Origin: an uncultured Lentisphaerales bacterium
GTDB lineage: Bacteria > Verrucomicrobiota > Lentisphaeria > JABSQK01 > UBA12247
Assembly (NCBI GenBank): GCA_943788985.1
Contig: CALSSJ010000022.1
Coordinates: forward strand, 156,059 to 220,058
Direction of reading: 5' to 3'
DNA length: 64,000 nucleotides
Position 1 is the first letter of the stretch, and each line of letters begins with the position of its first letter. Below the pieces are notes generated by a model. That model searched no databases. It was not told the DNA's origin and was given only the letters and a program-made list of their open reading frames with translations. Of the stretch, positions 31,268 through 42,622 are shown piece by piece. The translations under genes were made by a program, and so were the position numbers.

Positions 31268-33478
31268 CCCGACTTCCGCACCTAGGATCGTAAGTCCCTG
31301 ATATGAGGGAGATAAGAAAAAAGGCACTACAAAGTCGCGAGTTCCTCTCGTGTCATTTTGGCGTGATAATCACCTTGCTCTGCGGCAAGGCGGTCGTGTC
31401 GATGTCGAAGTGGCGATAGATCTGCGCCTGCGATGCCTCAGGAAGCCCTGGCTTGCGAATGCGATGAACAGTGCCGTCGACAGTCGGAACGATCAGTGTC
31501 GCGTAGCTATGCGCTGCAAGACGCAGCGTACCGTGTGCCAGCCGCGGGTGTCTCCGCGCTGGCGTAAGGTGTACAGGATGTGCGTCAGTACGTGTAGGCA
31601 AGCACGGTGATGAAAATGTGCCCGTCCACGCGATCTTCGATCTGATGGAAGTTCGGGCGCAGGCCTAAGTCGGTTTTTAGTAGCCGAAAACCCTCTTCGG
31701 CCAAGACTAAGGTGATGTATAGCTGCCAAAGTTGCTCGGCAGGCAGATCCTGCTGATCGGTGCGTAGCACGTAGCAGCCCATAACCAACTGACTGTCAGC
31801 AAAAAGTTGGTCTTTGCGGGTGTAGTGCAAGACGCCCGAAGGCTCGCCTTTCGCAGGTTTCTTGGCTGCCTGAAAGTCGATGTCGTAGAATCTGACTACT
31901 CGCGAGTTGTTGCTGCGCAGCCGACCGATGGCTTCATGAATCTTGGAAACCTTCTTGATTTGACCCTTGGCGATGCGAGTGGCGAGCTTCTGCAGGCGCT
32001 CAAGGAGTTTCTCCTCGGCCTTGCTGATCATAGCACGTTCTTTGTCACCGCGAGTGTCGCTTTTACACAAGACCAAGCGCTCAGTAATGGTCTCTGGTGC
32101 GTTTTCGCTGTCGCTGGCCTCGCTGGGGTCGTCGCTGGCTTCTTCGGTGAAAGTGTGGATCGATGGCTTTAACCAGAACTGGGGCTCGCGCTCGGCCGTT
32201 TTTCTCGCGACCGGGCACTGCCTCAAAGCCGCTGTCGTCGCGAAAATGATCGGCGTAGACCTCTCGCTGTTGCCGACTGGCATTGACGAGGTAACTAAAG
32301 CCTTCTTCACGCAGTCGGCGCAGGTTGTCTTTGGTCGCGATGCCCGCATCGACGACGACAATGGGCTTGGCCGTCGGCCAAACTCCTGATCGCTATCGGT
32401 GAGCTTTTTGAGGGTGTTTACCAAGAACGCGAGCGTGGTCGAGTCCTGGGTGTTACCGCTGAAGGTCTGGTGCGCCAGTTCGAAGCCAAATTCGTCGAAG
32501 ACCATGCCGACAAACAACCTGTGGACAGTCGTTGCGCTTCTGCTTGTTCTTGCCGCGCTTGGCCTTGGGATTGTTGGCGCAGACACCCTCGAAGTGCGTA
32601 TTTGTCAGGTCGTAGAGGATGATAGTGCGCTGGAGGTTGAAGCGTTCTTTTTGGGCGTGTCGCAGGTGGGCTTCGATCTTGTCTTTGGCCGCCAGGAGCT
32701 TGTCGCTGATGCGATAGTAGCGGTCATCGGCAAAGTTCAGGATGTCGCTGCCGAGCAGGTCGGAGAGGGAACTGGTGGTCAGCCAGGTTTGCATGAAATG
32801 CTCGCTGCAGGGGGCCCACGAGTCGGTTAACGACACTGACCGCGGCGGCGTCACATTGTGCTTGGTTGAAGCCGAGCGTCTCCAGCAGACCGGGCATATT
32901 CAGCTGCTTCCAGGCGTGCAAGGCCAGAAGCTCGGGGCCCAAGGTGGTGCTGTGGGTGTGGTCGATTTTGTCGGACAACACGCCATCAATCGCCTCCGAG
33001 CTGGTGTTGTCTTGATGGGCGCGGCGTTTGCGCCCGGGGGTCCATGTTCCATTATGCTGGACAGTGTTGACGATACGATCGACCCAATAGGCGGCCTCTA
33101 GCGTCAGTGGGCGTTCAAGCAGTTCTGGTTCGTGATACAGGCGGGTTTCGACGACTTTGGGCGACGTCGCGGCGAATGTCCTCGTTGATTTTGGCCTGCC
33201 CCAGTGACAGAATGAGCTGCTCTGCCTCGCCTGGCCCTCGTCATTGCGAAAGGACTCAACCAACTGAGTGACGGTGCCGGAAGGCGATTTTTTTGTGCGG
33301 AAGAACATTACGTAATCTAACTGACTTGCCACAAAAAGTAAGGCGCCTCATATCACTTCATAGGCACTACAAGCTGGCCTTGCGACAACGCGCAGGCAAG
33401 GGGGCTTGCGAAAAACGCCGACATTCGCCGGAAATTTTCCAGATATAGGACATAAAGAGTCAAAGGGCGAAAGTCGGG
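31268..33478 (-). mobile_element. IS1634-family-like insertion sequence, 2211 bp
   Basis: Terminal inverted repeats cccgacttccgc / cccgactttcgc (11/12 match); CTAG duplicated at 31264-31267 and 33479-33482; internal DDE transposase. Confidence 0.88.
31353..33308 (-). pseudogene. IS1634-like DDE transposase, split over several frames
   Basis: MFFRTKKS..QLVESFR, LYDLTNTHFEG, GKNKQKRNDCPQV, F.GN..D..T, EEGFR.LKTDLGLRP.FHQ..RV.GHIFI.VLAY. Confidence 0.85.
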
Positions 33479-33665
33479 CTAGATAGAGGGAGTCGATCTT
33501 TCGTTGAATAATCTTGACTTCGTTCCTTGCCACTGGCCATTGTGATGGGTGAAAATGGGAATCAGTCTGGAGCTTGGGAACCACGATTCCAATCAAGAGC
33601 CCCATGATAACGATCACGACCATGAGTTCGACCAGCGAAAAATAGTGCCGGTCACTTATTGTCAC
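33479..33665 (-). pseudogene. gspG: 5' part of the GspG-like pseudopilin, split by the IS
   Basis: GTG start with GGGAGG upstream; FSLVELMVVIVIMGLL..IVVP prepilin motif; rejoins in frame with the 3' part as DSLYLDTGKYP. Confidence 0.8.
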
Positions 33666-33795
33666 CTGCGTGGCCCTCCCTTCGGTTCGTGCTTTTATCC
33701 GCAGTTTGCACACGCTGGTGCATGGGAGTTCAAGCGCTGGCGTCTGTTTGCTCGCGGCATCATCCGTTCCGAGGCGCAGAAAGAACGTCACTGCC

Positions 33796-33896
33796 TTCTG
33801 GTACCCCGCCGGGGCACTGGGTGACGAGGCCCGATACAGGTGGTGGAACCACCGGATAGATCCAACCAGTTTTTACGCCTTGAAAGGGCGACAGAA
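33796..33896. repeat. REP-like palindromic element downstream of rapA
   Basis: ttctg..cccc.ccgggg...ggtggtggaaccaccgga...cgccttgaaagggcgacagaa; shares motifs with the copies at 42051 and 56096. Confidence 0.65.
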
Positions 33897-33922
33897 ACGC
33901 GGCGTAGACGGATCCACCGAGC

Positions 33923-36650
33923 TTACGCCTCGGGCCCGTGCCAGATGAGGCGGAGAGAATCGACGCGCAGGCGGGCCTGCGAAAGGCGCTCGGCGGTGGA
34001 CGCGAGATTCTGGCGAGCCAGTTCGATTTCGTCGCTGCGGACGCTGTCGTTCACTTTCCGCAAGGACAGCAGACGCTCAAGTTCGTGACCGAGCGTAGTG
34101 CCAGCGTCGCGGCTGGCCTCGTCGACAATCCGGGCCATTCTCGTCTCGGCTTCTTCTTCGGCGGTGGCAAGCATTTTGGGCGCGAGCGCCTGAAGGATGG
34201 CCTGATTCTGGAGCAGGGCACTCTCGGGCGAGACGGTGGCGAGCGCTGGCCACTCTCGGGGCTCTTGGACCGTCATCCGATTGTCCACGCTGATCGAGAT
34301 CGGCGTGGGCGGCAGGAAGCGGTCAACATGCAGGCGACGGCGGTGCGATGCATTCGACGACGAAGCGTACGTCCAAGACCAACTCACGGTGCTCGGTGCT
34401 TGCGGAGATCGCAAACACGACATTGCCGTGGTGGCCGCTGAGCATGGCATCGAGGAGGCCCAAGACCAGCGGATGGTCCCAGCTGAGGAAGGCTAGGTCT
34501 TCGCGGCTCAGCGCGCGGCGGCGTTCGAAGGTGCCAAGCAGGCCTTCTTCGGGGGACGCTGGGGAGGGAATCACTGAACAGCCGTTCGGCGCGAATCATG
34601 TAGGTGCGGTTTGCTCATGTCCTCGACAGGTGAACCTCCGAAGAAGTCGAGCAGGCGCAGGGTGAAGATATCAACCTCGGTGCTGAAGTCGCGGTCGGCG
34701 ATCTGCTCGGTGATCTCGTGGGCCACTTCGGGCCGATAGGAGTTCAGCTCGAGGAGCCGATCCCGGCCTTGTTCGAGACGCTTGATCAGGTTGCGGCGAT
34801 AGGCCGCAATCTCGCTCAGCAGCCCGGGACGAGCCTGGTCGGGGAGTCTGGCACCAGTCGTGGATCTGAGGCAGAAAGTGCTCGTGGGCTTCGTGGCTGC
34901 CGTGGAGATTGTGCTCGATGGCGTCGAGCCCCTCGTGGTAGTACTGACGGAGAATGTCCTCCGGAGTATGGGGAACGTAGGGCACGTGGATGGCGATCTC
35001 TTCGGTCTGGCCGATTCGATCCAGCCGACCAATGCGCTGCTCCAGTAGCTCCGGGTCATCAGGCAGGTCGAACAAGACGAGGTGGTGGGCAAACTGAAAG
35101 TTACGCCCCTCGCTGCCGATCTCGGAGCAAAGCAGCACGCTGGCGCCGTCTTGCTCGGAAAACCAAGCCGCGTTGCGGTCGCGGGTGATGAGGGTGAGCT
35201 CTTCATGGAAAATGGCGACTTTGGCGTTCAGGCGGGCGCGAAGCGCAGCCTCTAGAGCCAGGACCTTGCGGCGCGAGCGGCAGATCAGCAGCACTTTCTC
35301 GTCGCCGATTTCCCGCAGGAACTCTACCAGCCAGAGCGCACGGACGTCTGTGCCGAATTCGTAGTCGGGAGCTTGCTCCGAAGCTGCAGTCTCGAATGCG
35401 AACTCCGCACTGCAGGCCTGCGCCTGGGCTGGGGTTTTGGTTACGAGCGGATGCAGGTGCAGTTTTCGATCGGGGAAGCCTTTAATCGCGGCGCGGGTGT
35501 TGCGGTACATGACGCGGCCGGTGCCGTGTTGATCGATCAGCTCATCCAACGCCTGCTTGCGGTCGCTCTCCGGCACGGCGCTATCGGCCAGGAGCGCGGC
35601 TGCGGACTTCGCAACAGCTTCGTACTCTTGGGCTTCGCGGCGAAAGACGTCGAGGCTGTAGTAGCGGTTTGGATCGAGTAACCGCAGGCGGGCAAAGTGG
35701 CTTTCTTGCCCGAGTTGCTCGGGCGTGGCCGTAAGCAACAGCAGGCCGGGGCTGCTGCGGCCAATGGTCTCCACCGCCCGGTATTCAGGACTGATGAGGT
35801 CCTCGGACCAGCCTAGATGGTGGGCTTCGTCGACGACAACGAGGTCCCAGCCCGCCTCCGCGGCTTCTTCGATGCGCTTCGGGTGCTGAGTGAACAGGGA
35901 GAGCCCGGCCAGGACCAGCTGCTCATCCAAGAAGGGATTGACAGGCTCAGGTCCTGCTTCGATCGCGCCGCAACGTTCTTGGTCATAGATGCTGAACCAG
36001 AGATTGAAGCGCCGCATCATCTCGACGAACCATTGGTGCACGAGTGAGTCGGGGACGAGAATTAGAGCGCGTGCTGCACGTCCGCTCAACAGCAGGCGAT
36101 GGATGATCAGGCCAGCTTCGATGGTCTTGCCGAGGCCGACTTCGTCTGCCAGCAGCACGCGCGGCGCGTTACGTGAGGTGACCTCGCGGGCGATGTAGAA
36201 CTGGTGACCAATCAGGTCGATTCGGCCGCCGGTGAAGCCGCGCAACGGAGAGCTGCGGATTTCATGCCGCTTGGCCAGGGAGTCCTCGCGCAAGGCGAAG
36301 GCGTGGGGTGTCTCGAATTGCTGGTGTTGCAACCGTACCAGCGGTTCATCGAAGGTGAGATCGTGGGAAAGATCGGCTTCGGGGAGGCGTTGGTCGTTGC
36401 CGTGGTAGACGAGGCAGCCGTCCACGGTCTCGATATCCTCGACCACGATCTTGATCCCGTCCTCGGCTTCGATGGTATCACCGATTTGAAACAGCACGCG
36501 GCGCAGCGGGGCGCTGTCTTGGGCGTAGCGGCGGACGTCTTCGGAGCCGGGGAAGCGGATTTCGACATCGCGCTCCCCCAGGGCTGAGACGCTGCCAAGG
36601 CCCAGCTCAGGCTCGGTCTCGGAGATCCAGCGTTGGCCAATGGCAAACAT
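33923..36650 (-). CDS. rapA: RNA polymerase-associated SNF2-type ATPase RapA/HepA; several frameshifts in the 3' third
   Basis: GQRWISETEPELGLG, LLADEVGLGKT, DEAH, LLTATPEQLG, SEIGSEGRNFQFA, EQRIGRLDRIGQ, GRDRLLELNS, FLSWDHP, EL.RL..L..VN..VR.DE. Confidence 0.9.
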
Positions 36651-36651
36651 T

Positions 36652-38592
36652 CTATGCCTCTTTGCGGCGGAAGTTGGCCAGTAGCAGTTCGATAAACAGG
36701 CCCGCGATCAGAGCCCAAGCAACATGGGCCTGAAGCGAGTCACGTTCGTTCTCGGGGACTTCGCGCTCGTCTGCCATCAGCAGCACGTCCTGCGTGGTCA
36801 GGTGCGCGCGAACGGCGGCATCGCTTACCGCAGTAAAGTCGGACTCTTCGCGGGTGTAGTTCACTTGCACTGGCTGATCCCCCACGCGCAGAACATCGGG
36901 GCTGGTCGGGGCCACGGTCTCATCAGGCAGCTCGATGCCAAGCGGCTTGCCGAGGATGCGATTCAGGACGCGGCGGTCATCGGCAGCCGTGCTGAGTTCT
37001 ACCATGCGTCGAACCAAGGGCAGGAAGCAAATGGCGGTGGGCAGCTCGCTCCAGCTGGCGGACAGAGAGGTGCCGATTACATAGAGTTCGCCACGGCCTA
37101 CCTGCTCGCGGATCAACAGCGGTAGCTCGCCAGCGGCCAGCAAGATCTCGTGCTTCTTACCGGGATCGAGGCGGGCGGCTTTGTAGATCGGGAAGAGCGT
37201 AAGGTCGGCGGCATCTTCGGCAAAGGGAGCAATGAGCGGATGTGCGGTGTCCGCACTATCCACCATGCTGCTGCGAAACCGGCCGACACCGCCGTAGAAA
37301 CCACGGAAGTTAATTCGATTAAAGCCGGCATCGGCCAGGCGATTCAGACAGTCTGCAGTGCGATTTCCTGCGAACAACACCAGGGTTCCGCCATTGCTAC
37401 AGTACTCGTGCAGCAGTCCGGCTTCGGCTTCGGAGAAGTCGGCGATGGCATCCAGCAAGAACACGCTCTGGAAGCTAGCGATATCGGTGTCCCACATGAT
37501 GTCTGGCCCGCGGGATGTAACTGCCATCATCGGAGTGCCCGGTAAGGAAATGCTGAGGGCATTGCTGAGAAAGAAGACCTCGCTCTGCTTTGAGCGATCG
37601 GTTGCGGAGTTCGCAACCACGGCGACATGCAGCGGCGGTTGCGGGCCAGCCCAGAAGTGAAAGACGTCATCGTCTACATACTCATCCATACTTGCCAGCT
37701 CGACGGTGCCTTTGCTGCCGTCGACATCGGGCAAGGTGAGGGTAACGGTGGCCGTATCACCGGCCTGGAGCACGACGGGGCGCAACTGGTTGACTGAACC
37801 GACTCGTACGATCAGGGAGGTATCGACTGGCTCTAGCCAGAAGTTGCGGAGCCGAATGGTCAGGCGCAGGTTTCTGGTGCCGTCGCGTTCGACGGACTCG
37901 GCATCGACGCCCAGAATAGCGACGTTGCGGCTATTGCTGTGCGGCGGTGCGATGATGCGGACGCTGGCCGCCACATCCAGGGCGCCGAGGCGCTCGGGCT
38001 GCCAGTCTACGGCCTGGAGATCGCTTAGCACGTAGACGTGCCGGCCTGGACCTTCTTCGGTAGTCATTAGGCTGCCGATCCTGGAAATCGCGTCGCTGTG
38101 GTTGCCGACTGTGGAGCGCGGCTTATCCGCCAGAATTGTGGCCCAGACGTCAAGATTTGGGGTGGTCACGGGAAGCGCGTAGATCACGCCATCAGCAGAG
38201 CCAATGGCGCCTACCTCGGCATTCGGGTGCGCGGCTTCGATCTGCTTGCGTGCGTTTGCCACGAACTCGTCAAAATTTGCCGCCCGCATGCTGGCGGACA
38301 GGTCGACCATTACCACGACTTGGTCAGCGTCCTTCGAGATCACCGCGACGGGACGTGGAATGAACGGATCGGCGAGCAGCAGGACGATGGCGGCCAGGAT
38401 CAGCATCCGCGCGAGCATGACCCAGAAGTCCTTGATGCCGCGTCGACCATGCTGGACGCGCTGGCCCTTCTTGATGTAGCGGATAGTCGGGAAAACCACA
38501 CGGCGTGGCTTCTCCCGACTCATCAGATGCAAGATCAATGGGACGGCAAGCGCACCAAGCCCAAGTAGAAATGCGGAGTTCGCAAAACTCAT
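36652..38592 (-). CDS. BatA/double-TM N-terminal domain, VWA-containing membrane protein
   Basis: MSF.N..FL.GL..LAVPLILHL, FPT, DLSASM MIDAS motif, SDLQ, C-terminal TM. Confidence 0.8.
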   Translation of the reverse strand: MSFANSAFLLGLGALAVPLILHLMSREKPRRVVFPTIRYIKKGQRVQHGRRGIKDFWVMLARMLILAAIVLLLADPFIPRPVAVISKDADQVVVMVDLSASMRAANFDEFVANARKQIEAAHPNAEVGAIGSADGVIYALPVTTPNLDVWATILADKPRSTVGNHSDAISRIGSLMTTEEGPGRHVYVLSDLQAVDWQPERLGALDVAASVRIIAPPHSNSRNVAILGVDAESVERDGTRNLRLTIRLRNFWLEPVDTSLIVRVGSVNQLRPVVLQAGDTATVTLTLPDVDGSKGTVELASMDEYVDDDVFHFWAGPQPPLHVAVVANSATDRSKQSEVFFLSNALSISLPGTPMMAVTSRGPDIMWDTDIASFQSVFLLDAIADFSEAEAGLLHEYCSNGGTLVLFAGNRTADCLNRLADAGFNRINFRGFYGGVGRFRSSMVDSADTAHPLIAPFAEDAADLTLFPIYKAARLDPGKKHEILLAAGELPLLIREQVGRGELYVIGTSLSASWSELPTAICFLPLVRRMVELSTAADDRRVLNRILGKPLGIELPDETVAPTSPDVLRVGDQPVQVNYTREESDFTAVSDAAVRAHLTTQDVLLMADEREVPENERDSLQAHVAWALIAGLFIELLLANFRRKEA

Positions 38593-38659
38593 GAAGTTGG
38601 CCTCGGATTATGAGGAATGCAGAAGGGCGGCTTGCGTCCCGGTGTCACTGAGTGTGTGC

Positions 38660-40117
38660 TCAGACGTTGTAGGTAGACGCGGATGTGGTGCCACCGCGGC
38701 CAGTCCAGTTGGTGTGGAAGAACTCGCCGCGGGGGCGGTCCACGCGCTCGTAGGTATGGGCCCCGAAGTAGTCGCGCTGGGCTTGCAGCAGATTCGCCGG
38801 GAGGCGGGCGCTGCGATAGGAGTCGTAGTAGTTCAAGGCGCTGCTCAGGCTCGGCGTGGGGATGCCAAGCTTTACGGCGGTGCAAACGACGGCACGCCAG
38901 CTCTCTTGAGCATCTACGACGACTTTCTGGAAGAACGGGTCCAGCAGCAGGTTGGTCAGCGTGGTGTCGCGCTCGAATGCTTCCTTGATGTTCTCGAGGA
39001 AGGTGGCGCGAATGATGCAGCCGCCGCGCCACATGAGCGCGATCTCACCGTAGTTCAGGTCCCAGTTGTGCTCTTTGGCCGCGGCTGCGAGCAGCTGAAA
39101 GCCCTGCGCATAGGAGCAGATCTTGCTGGCAAACAGGGCGTCGTGAAGCTGCGCGATGAATTCTTTACGGTCCCCGTCGAATTCGGTTTCGGGGCCCGGA
39201 AGGTGCTTGGAGGCCTCGACGCGCTCTTCCTTAATTGCGGAAAGGCAGCGGGCGAAAACGGCCTCGGCAATCTGCGGGATGGCGACGCCCAAGTCCAGGC
39301 CTGAGACGCTGGTCCATTTACCGGTGCCTTTCTGGCCGGCGGTATCGAGAATCATCTCGACCATCGGACTGCCGGTCTCTTCGTCTTCTTTGGCAAGGAT
39401 GTCGCGAGTGATCTCGATCAGGTAGGAGTCGAGGGCGCCTTCGTTCCAGGTGGTGAAGACTTCGTGCATCTCTTCTGCGCTCATTTCGAGGGCGGTGCCG
39501 AGCAGATTGTAGGCTTCGCAGATGAGCTGCATATCGCCGTACTCGATGCCGTTATGCACCATCTTGACGAAGTGACCGGCACCGTCGGCACCGACCCATT
39601 CGCAGCAGGGGCTGCCGCCGTCTACTTTCGCGGAGCAGGCCTGGAAGATTTCCTTGACTTGCGGCCAGGCAGCAGCGGAGCCACCGGGCATGATGGAAGG
39701 GCCGGTTAGTGCGCCTTCTTCACCACCGGAAACACCGGTGCCGATGAACAGCAAGCCAGCTTCTTCTACGCGCTTGGTGCGGCGGATGCTGTCATCGTAG
39801 TGGCTGTTGCCGCCGTCAATAATAACGTCGCCCGGCTCAAGGTGCGGAATGAGAGCTTCTATGATTGAGTCGATCGCGCCTCCAGCTTTCACCAGCATCA
39901 TGACCTTTCGGGGGCGTGCGAGTGAGGCGCAGAGCTCTTCGATTGTGTGGGTGCCGACGATCTTCTTGCCTGCGGCGCGCCCGGTCACGAAGTCGTCTAC
40001 CTTGCTGGTCGTACGGTTATAGACCGCGACTGTGTAGCCGCGGCTTTCGATATTCAGGACGAGATTCTCGCCCATAACTGCCAGCCCAATCAGACCAAAA
40101 TCTGCTTCTGCACTCAT
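38660..40117 (-). CDS. gnd: 6-phosphogluconate dehydrogenase, NADP-dependent, decarboxylating
   Basis: [52 protein letters not shown]. Confidence 0.97.
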   Translation of the reverse strand: MSAEADFGLIGLAVMGENLVLNIESRGYTVAVYNRTTSKVDDFVTGRAAGKKIVGTHTIEELCASLARPRKVMMLVKAGGAIDSIIEALIPHLEPGDVIIDGGNSHYDDSIRRTKRVEEAGLLFIGTGVSGGEEGALTGPSIMPGGSAAAWPQVKEIFQACSAKVDGGSPCCEWVGADGAGHFVKMVHNGIEYGDMQLICEAYNLLGTALEMSAEEMHEVFTTWNEGALDSYLIEITRDILAKEDEETGSPMVEMILDTAGQKGTGKWTSVSGLDLGVAIPQIAEAVFARCLSAIKEERVEASKHLPGPETEFDGDRKEFIAQLHDALFASKICSYAQGFQLLAAAAKEHNWDLNYGEIALMWRGGCIIRATFLENIKEAFERDTTLTNLLLDPFFQKVVVDAQESWRAVVCTAVKLGIPTPSLSSALNYYDSYRSARLPANLLQAQRDYFGAHTYERVDRPRGEFFHTNWTGRGGTTSASTYNV

Positions 40118-40275
40118 AGTGTCCCCACCGTAATTTTCAAGATGCTCTGCGCCGTGCGTTTGGACGGCAAGCCGGTTACTATCTGAAGCGGCGAGCCGAT
40201 TGCGAACGCTCGATCCTTTCATCCTAAAGGTCCGGCGTTAGGTTGTCACCCCACTAATTCTGGAGGCGTAGGCTG

Positions 40276-40737
40276 ATGAGAGGTATTCTGTTCTGTTTGG
40301 CGATCTTGTTGCTGTCCTGCGGGCCCAAGCTTGAGTTGGGGATGAACGTCACAGTAGACGTGGCGGAGGGGAGGCCTCCCGCCTTGAACCGTGATGGCTT
40401 GCGGGAGCAAAGCGCTGGCGAGTTTCGCTGGGCCGTGGCATGTAGCGAGGAAGAACTCGCGGCCTTGATCCGGGCGATGCCCACGGAGACGGCGTTTCCG
40501 GCTGGTGAGCTGGTGATTACCCGGCTGGTGGTGAAGAACAGGCAGCAGCGGAATCCGGCGCGTGCTTCGGCCACCTTAGTCGCTGAAGCATTTTGGACGC
40601 AGGATGATGAGACGCAGGTGATCACCATCGACATCAAGACGCACTCTGTGGAAATGGATCATCCAGACACCCAACTGCCCTGGCTGAAGGCGCAGGCTCG
40701 CGCGGGAATGTGGCTGCATCTGCACGAAGCGCTGTAG
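40276..40737 (+). CDS. Hypothetical lipoprotein
   Basis: LLSC lipobox after a hydrophobic N-terminus; GGAGG upstream. Confidence 0.55.
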   Translation: MRGILFCLAILLLSCGPKLELGMNVTVDVAEGRPPALNRDGLREQSAGEFRWAVACSEEELAALIRAMPTETAFPAGELVITRLVVKNRQQRNPARASATLVAEAFWTQDDETQVITIDIKTHSVEMDHPDTQLPWLKAQARAGMWLHLHEAL

Positions 40738-40970
40738 CACCCTGGGACGGAGGCGGCCTGCAACTCGATCGGCCTTCGTCCGTTTCCCTCCGGGAAACAG
40801 AAATGCACACCCCGAAATCAGGGCGCTCAGGCGCCCCACCTGCCTATTTTCCTACTTCGCCAGACTCGCAGACCGCCCCATCAGATAAGGGTGGTTAGCC
40901 GCCCGCGATCCCAGCATAATTTACCATACCTGGCGATACGAGAGCTAGGGAATTTCCGGTCAGACTAACC

Positions 40971-40989
40971 TGACTAGTGTATATGGTCA
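40971..40989. promoter_or_regulatory. Candidate TA autoregulation operator
   Basis: Imperfect palindrome tgactagtgtatatggtca about 40 bp upstream of the antitoxin start. Confidence 0.35.
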
Positions 40990-41028
40990 AGTCACGGTGT
41001 GCTGTTGCAAACGACTGGAGTTTCTGCC

Positions 41029-41264
41029 ATGGATAGCTTGATGATTTCGGAGTTCAAAACCCACTGCTAGGCGGTGATTGAAAAGATCCACGCGACCGGC
41101 GAGCCGGTGCTCGTGACGCGTCGGGGAAAGCGGCTGGCCAGAGTGCTTCCAGCGGAGGCAGTTGGCAGCAAATAGCGCTGCCTGGGAGAGCTGGCCGGTG
41201 AAGCCACTGTTCAAGAGACATCGTCCGCTTTAGCTCGAGCGATGACTGGGAAAGTCCGAAATGA
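41029..41264 (+). pseudogene. Phd/YefM-family antitoxin pseudogene
   Basis: MDSLMISEFKTHC*AVIEKIHATGEPVLVTRRGK.LA; TAG at 41068 and 41173, plus a late frameshift; TGA overlaps the toxin ATG. Confidence 0.8.
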
Positions 41265-41662
41265 CCCTGCTGCTGGACACGCATGTCTGGTTTTGGTCTC
41301 TTCAGTCGCCTGACGAGTTGGGCAAGCGTTGCCGCACAGCCGTGGAGTCGCCAGCAAACGAGTTGGCCGTGGCTACTATTTCGACACTGGAACAAGGCCA
41401 ATTGATTTCGGTGAACCGAATCGTCTTCAAGGGCACCCTTGAATCCTGGGTGCGCCGCGGCACGGCAGCATTGGGCTTAAAGTCGGTCGAACTCTCCCAT
41501 CCGCCAGCTATTCTTGCCTACGACTTGCCCGGCACCTTCCACAAAGATCCGGCAGACCGAATGTTGTTAGCCACTGCCATTCATTATGACGACCCCCTCG
41601 TGACCGCAGACGAACGCCTTATCGCCTAGCCTCACGTCCTGTCGCTGGATGCACGAAAATAG
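41261..41662 (+). pseudogene. vapC: VapC/PIN-domain toxin with premature TAG at 41627 (last 11 codons lost)
   Basis: LLLDTHVWFW, HKDPADRML.ATA, LVTADE; frame continues *PHVLSLDARK to TAG 41660. Confidence 0.8.
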
Positions 41663-42050
41663 GAGCGTCGGATGTCACCGGCGGCCTACCACTGTGGCGT
41701 AGGGCGAAACCCGAAAATCGAGAACGAGAACAAGTCTATTTCCAAGTGAACGGGAGCCCCGCGCGGTCCAGAAGCCGCAGCTTCAGATTCCGAGGGCCGT
41801 CCTCAGGCTGTCCATGATGCTTAGTTCTCGGGTTTTCTAGGACTACCCAGCCAGCGCTCATTTTGTCGTCGTTCTTCTCCCCATCCTGTGTAATACCCTC
41901 TTCGCCGCCTCGGGGCAAGCCCGGACGACGTGGCACGGCACGCCACGACTTACCGTTCTTTCCTACCCTAAAACTGGAAACCATCGCAATCAAATGCAAC
42001 ATGTTTTGTCGCGGCATCAGTAGTAAGAATTACGGCAGGCCGTTATTCCC

Positions 42051-42299
42051 GTTCACGGAGGGAACCAAGAACGTAGCCGGTGGTGAAGCCACCGGACTGG
42101 ATCGGCCTAACCATCCCGCCCTGAAGGGGCGACAGAACGAGGCGTGCAATGGCGGGATCGGGCGGAACGGGGACTGATTGCGTACCACCGCAAGATGTCT
42201 GCGCGCACGGTTTCTGGCAACCCTCCCGGGGCGCGAGGCAACGACGCCGGATACCGGTGGTTGCCACCACCGGCAACGTTCTTGTTTCCCGCCGGGAAA
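42051..42299. repeat. REPIN-like inverted pair of ~87-bp elements
   Basis: Forward copy 42051-42137 (caagaacgtagccggtggtgaagccaccgg...cgccctgaaggggcgacagaa) and inverted copy 42212-42299. Confidence 0.75.
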
Positions 42300-42382
42300 G
42301 TATGATTCACACGCCTCAAACAGACGACGGCTTCTCGTGTCTCGTCGGTTTCTCCGTGAAGGAACACGAAAAGCCCGTTCTT

Positions 42383-42497
42383 GACAGAAATATGACGGAC
42401 AGAAAAATAGGACAGTGGCTCAAAAACGGCCAGTATGAATTATTCAGGCGAGTAATCAGGGGCTCCCTTCTATTTTTCTGTCCCAAATTTGCCTGTC
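42383..42497. repeat. Inverted repeat with 28-bp arms
   Basis: gacagaaatatgacggacagaaaaatag ... ctatttttctgtcccaaatttgcctgtc; inner 14 bp match perfectly. Confidence 0.7.
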
Positions 42498-42622
42498 CGA
42501 TTCTCTTCATCCGGATGATCTACCGTTGATGTGAGCAATTCACGTGGGAACCCCAGCGTGCTCGTGATTGCCGAAGCCGTGAAAACGGCGTGATAACGGC
42601 GGTTCCGGGTGTATTGAGAAGC

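Noticed and set aside
13620..41662. Stop-codon reassignment explaining the in-frame stops
   Set aside because: The stops are a mix of TAA, TAG and TGA, replace different expected residues, and all three codons terminate intact genes in this window.
41736..42017. 93-aa minus-strand ORF between vapC and the repeats
   Set aside because: No recognisable motif or clear ribosome-binding site, so it cannot be supported as a gene.
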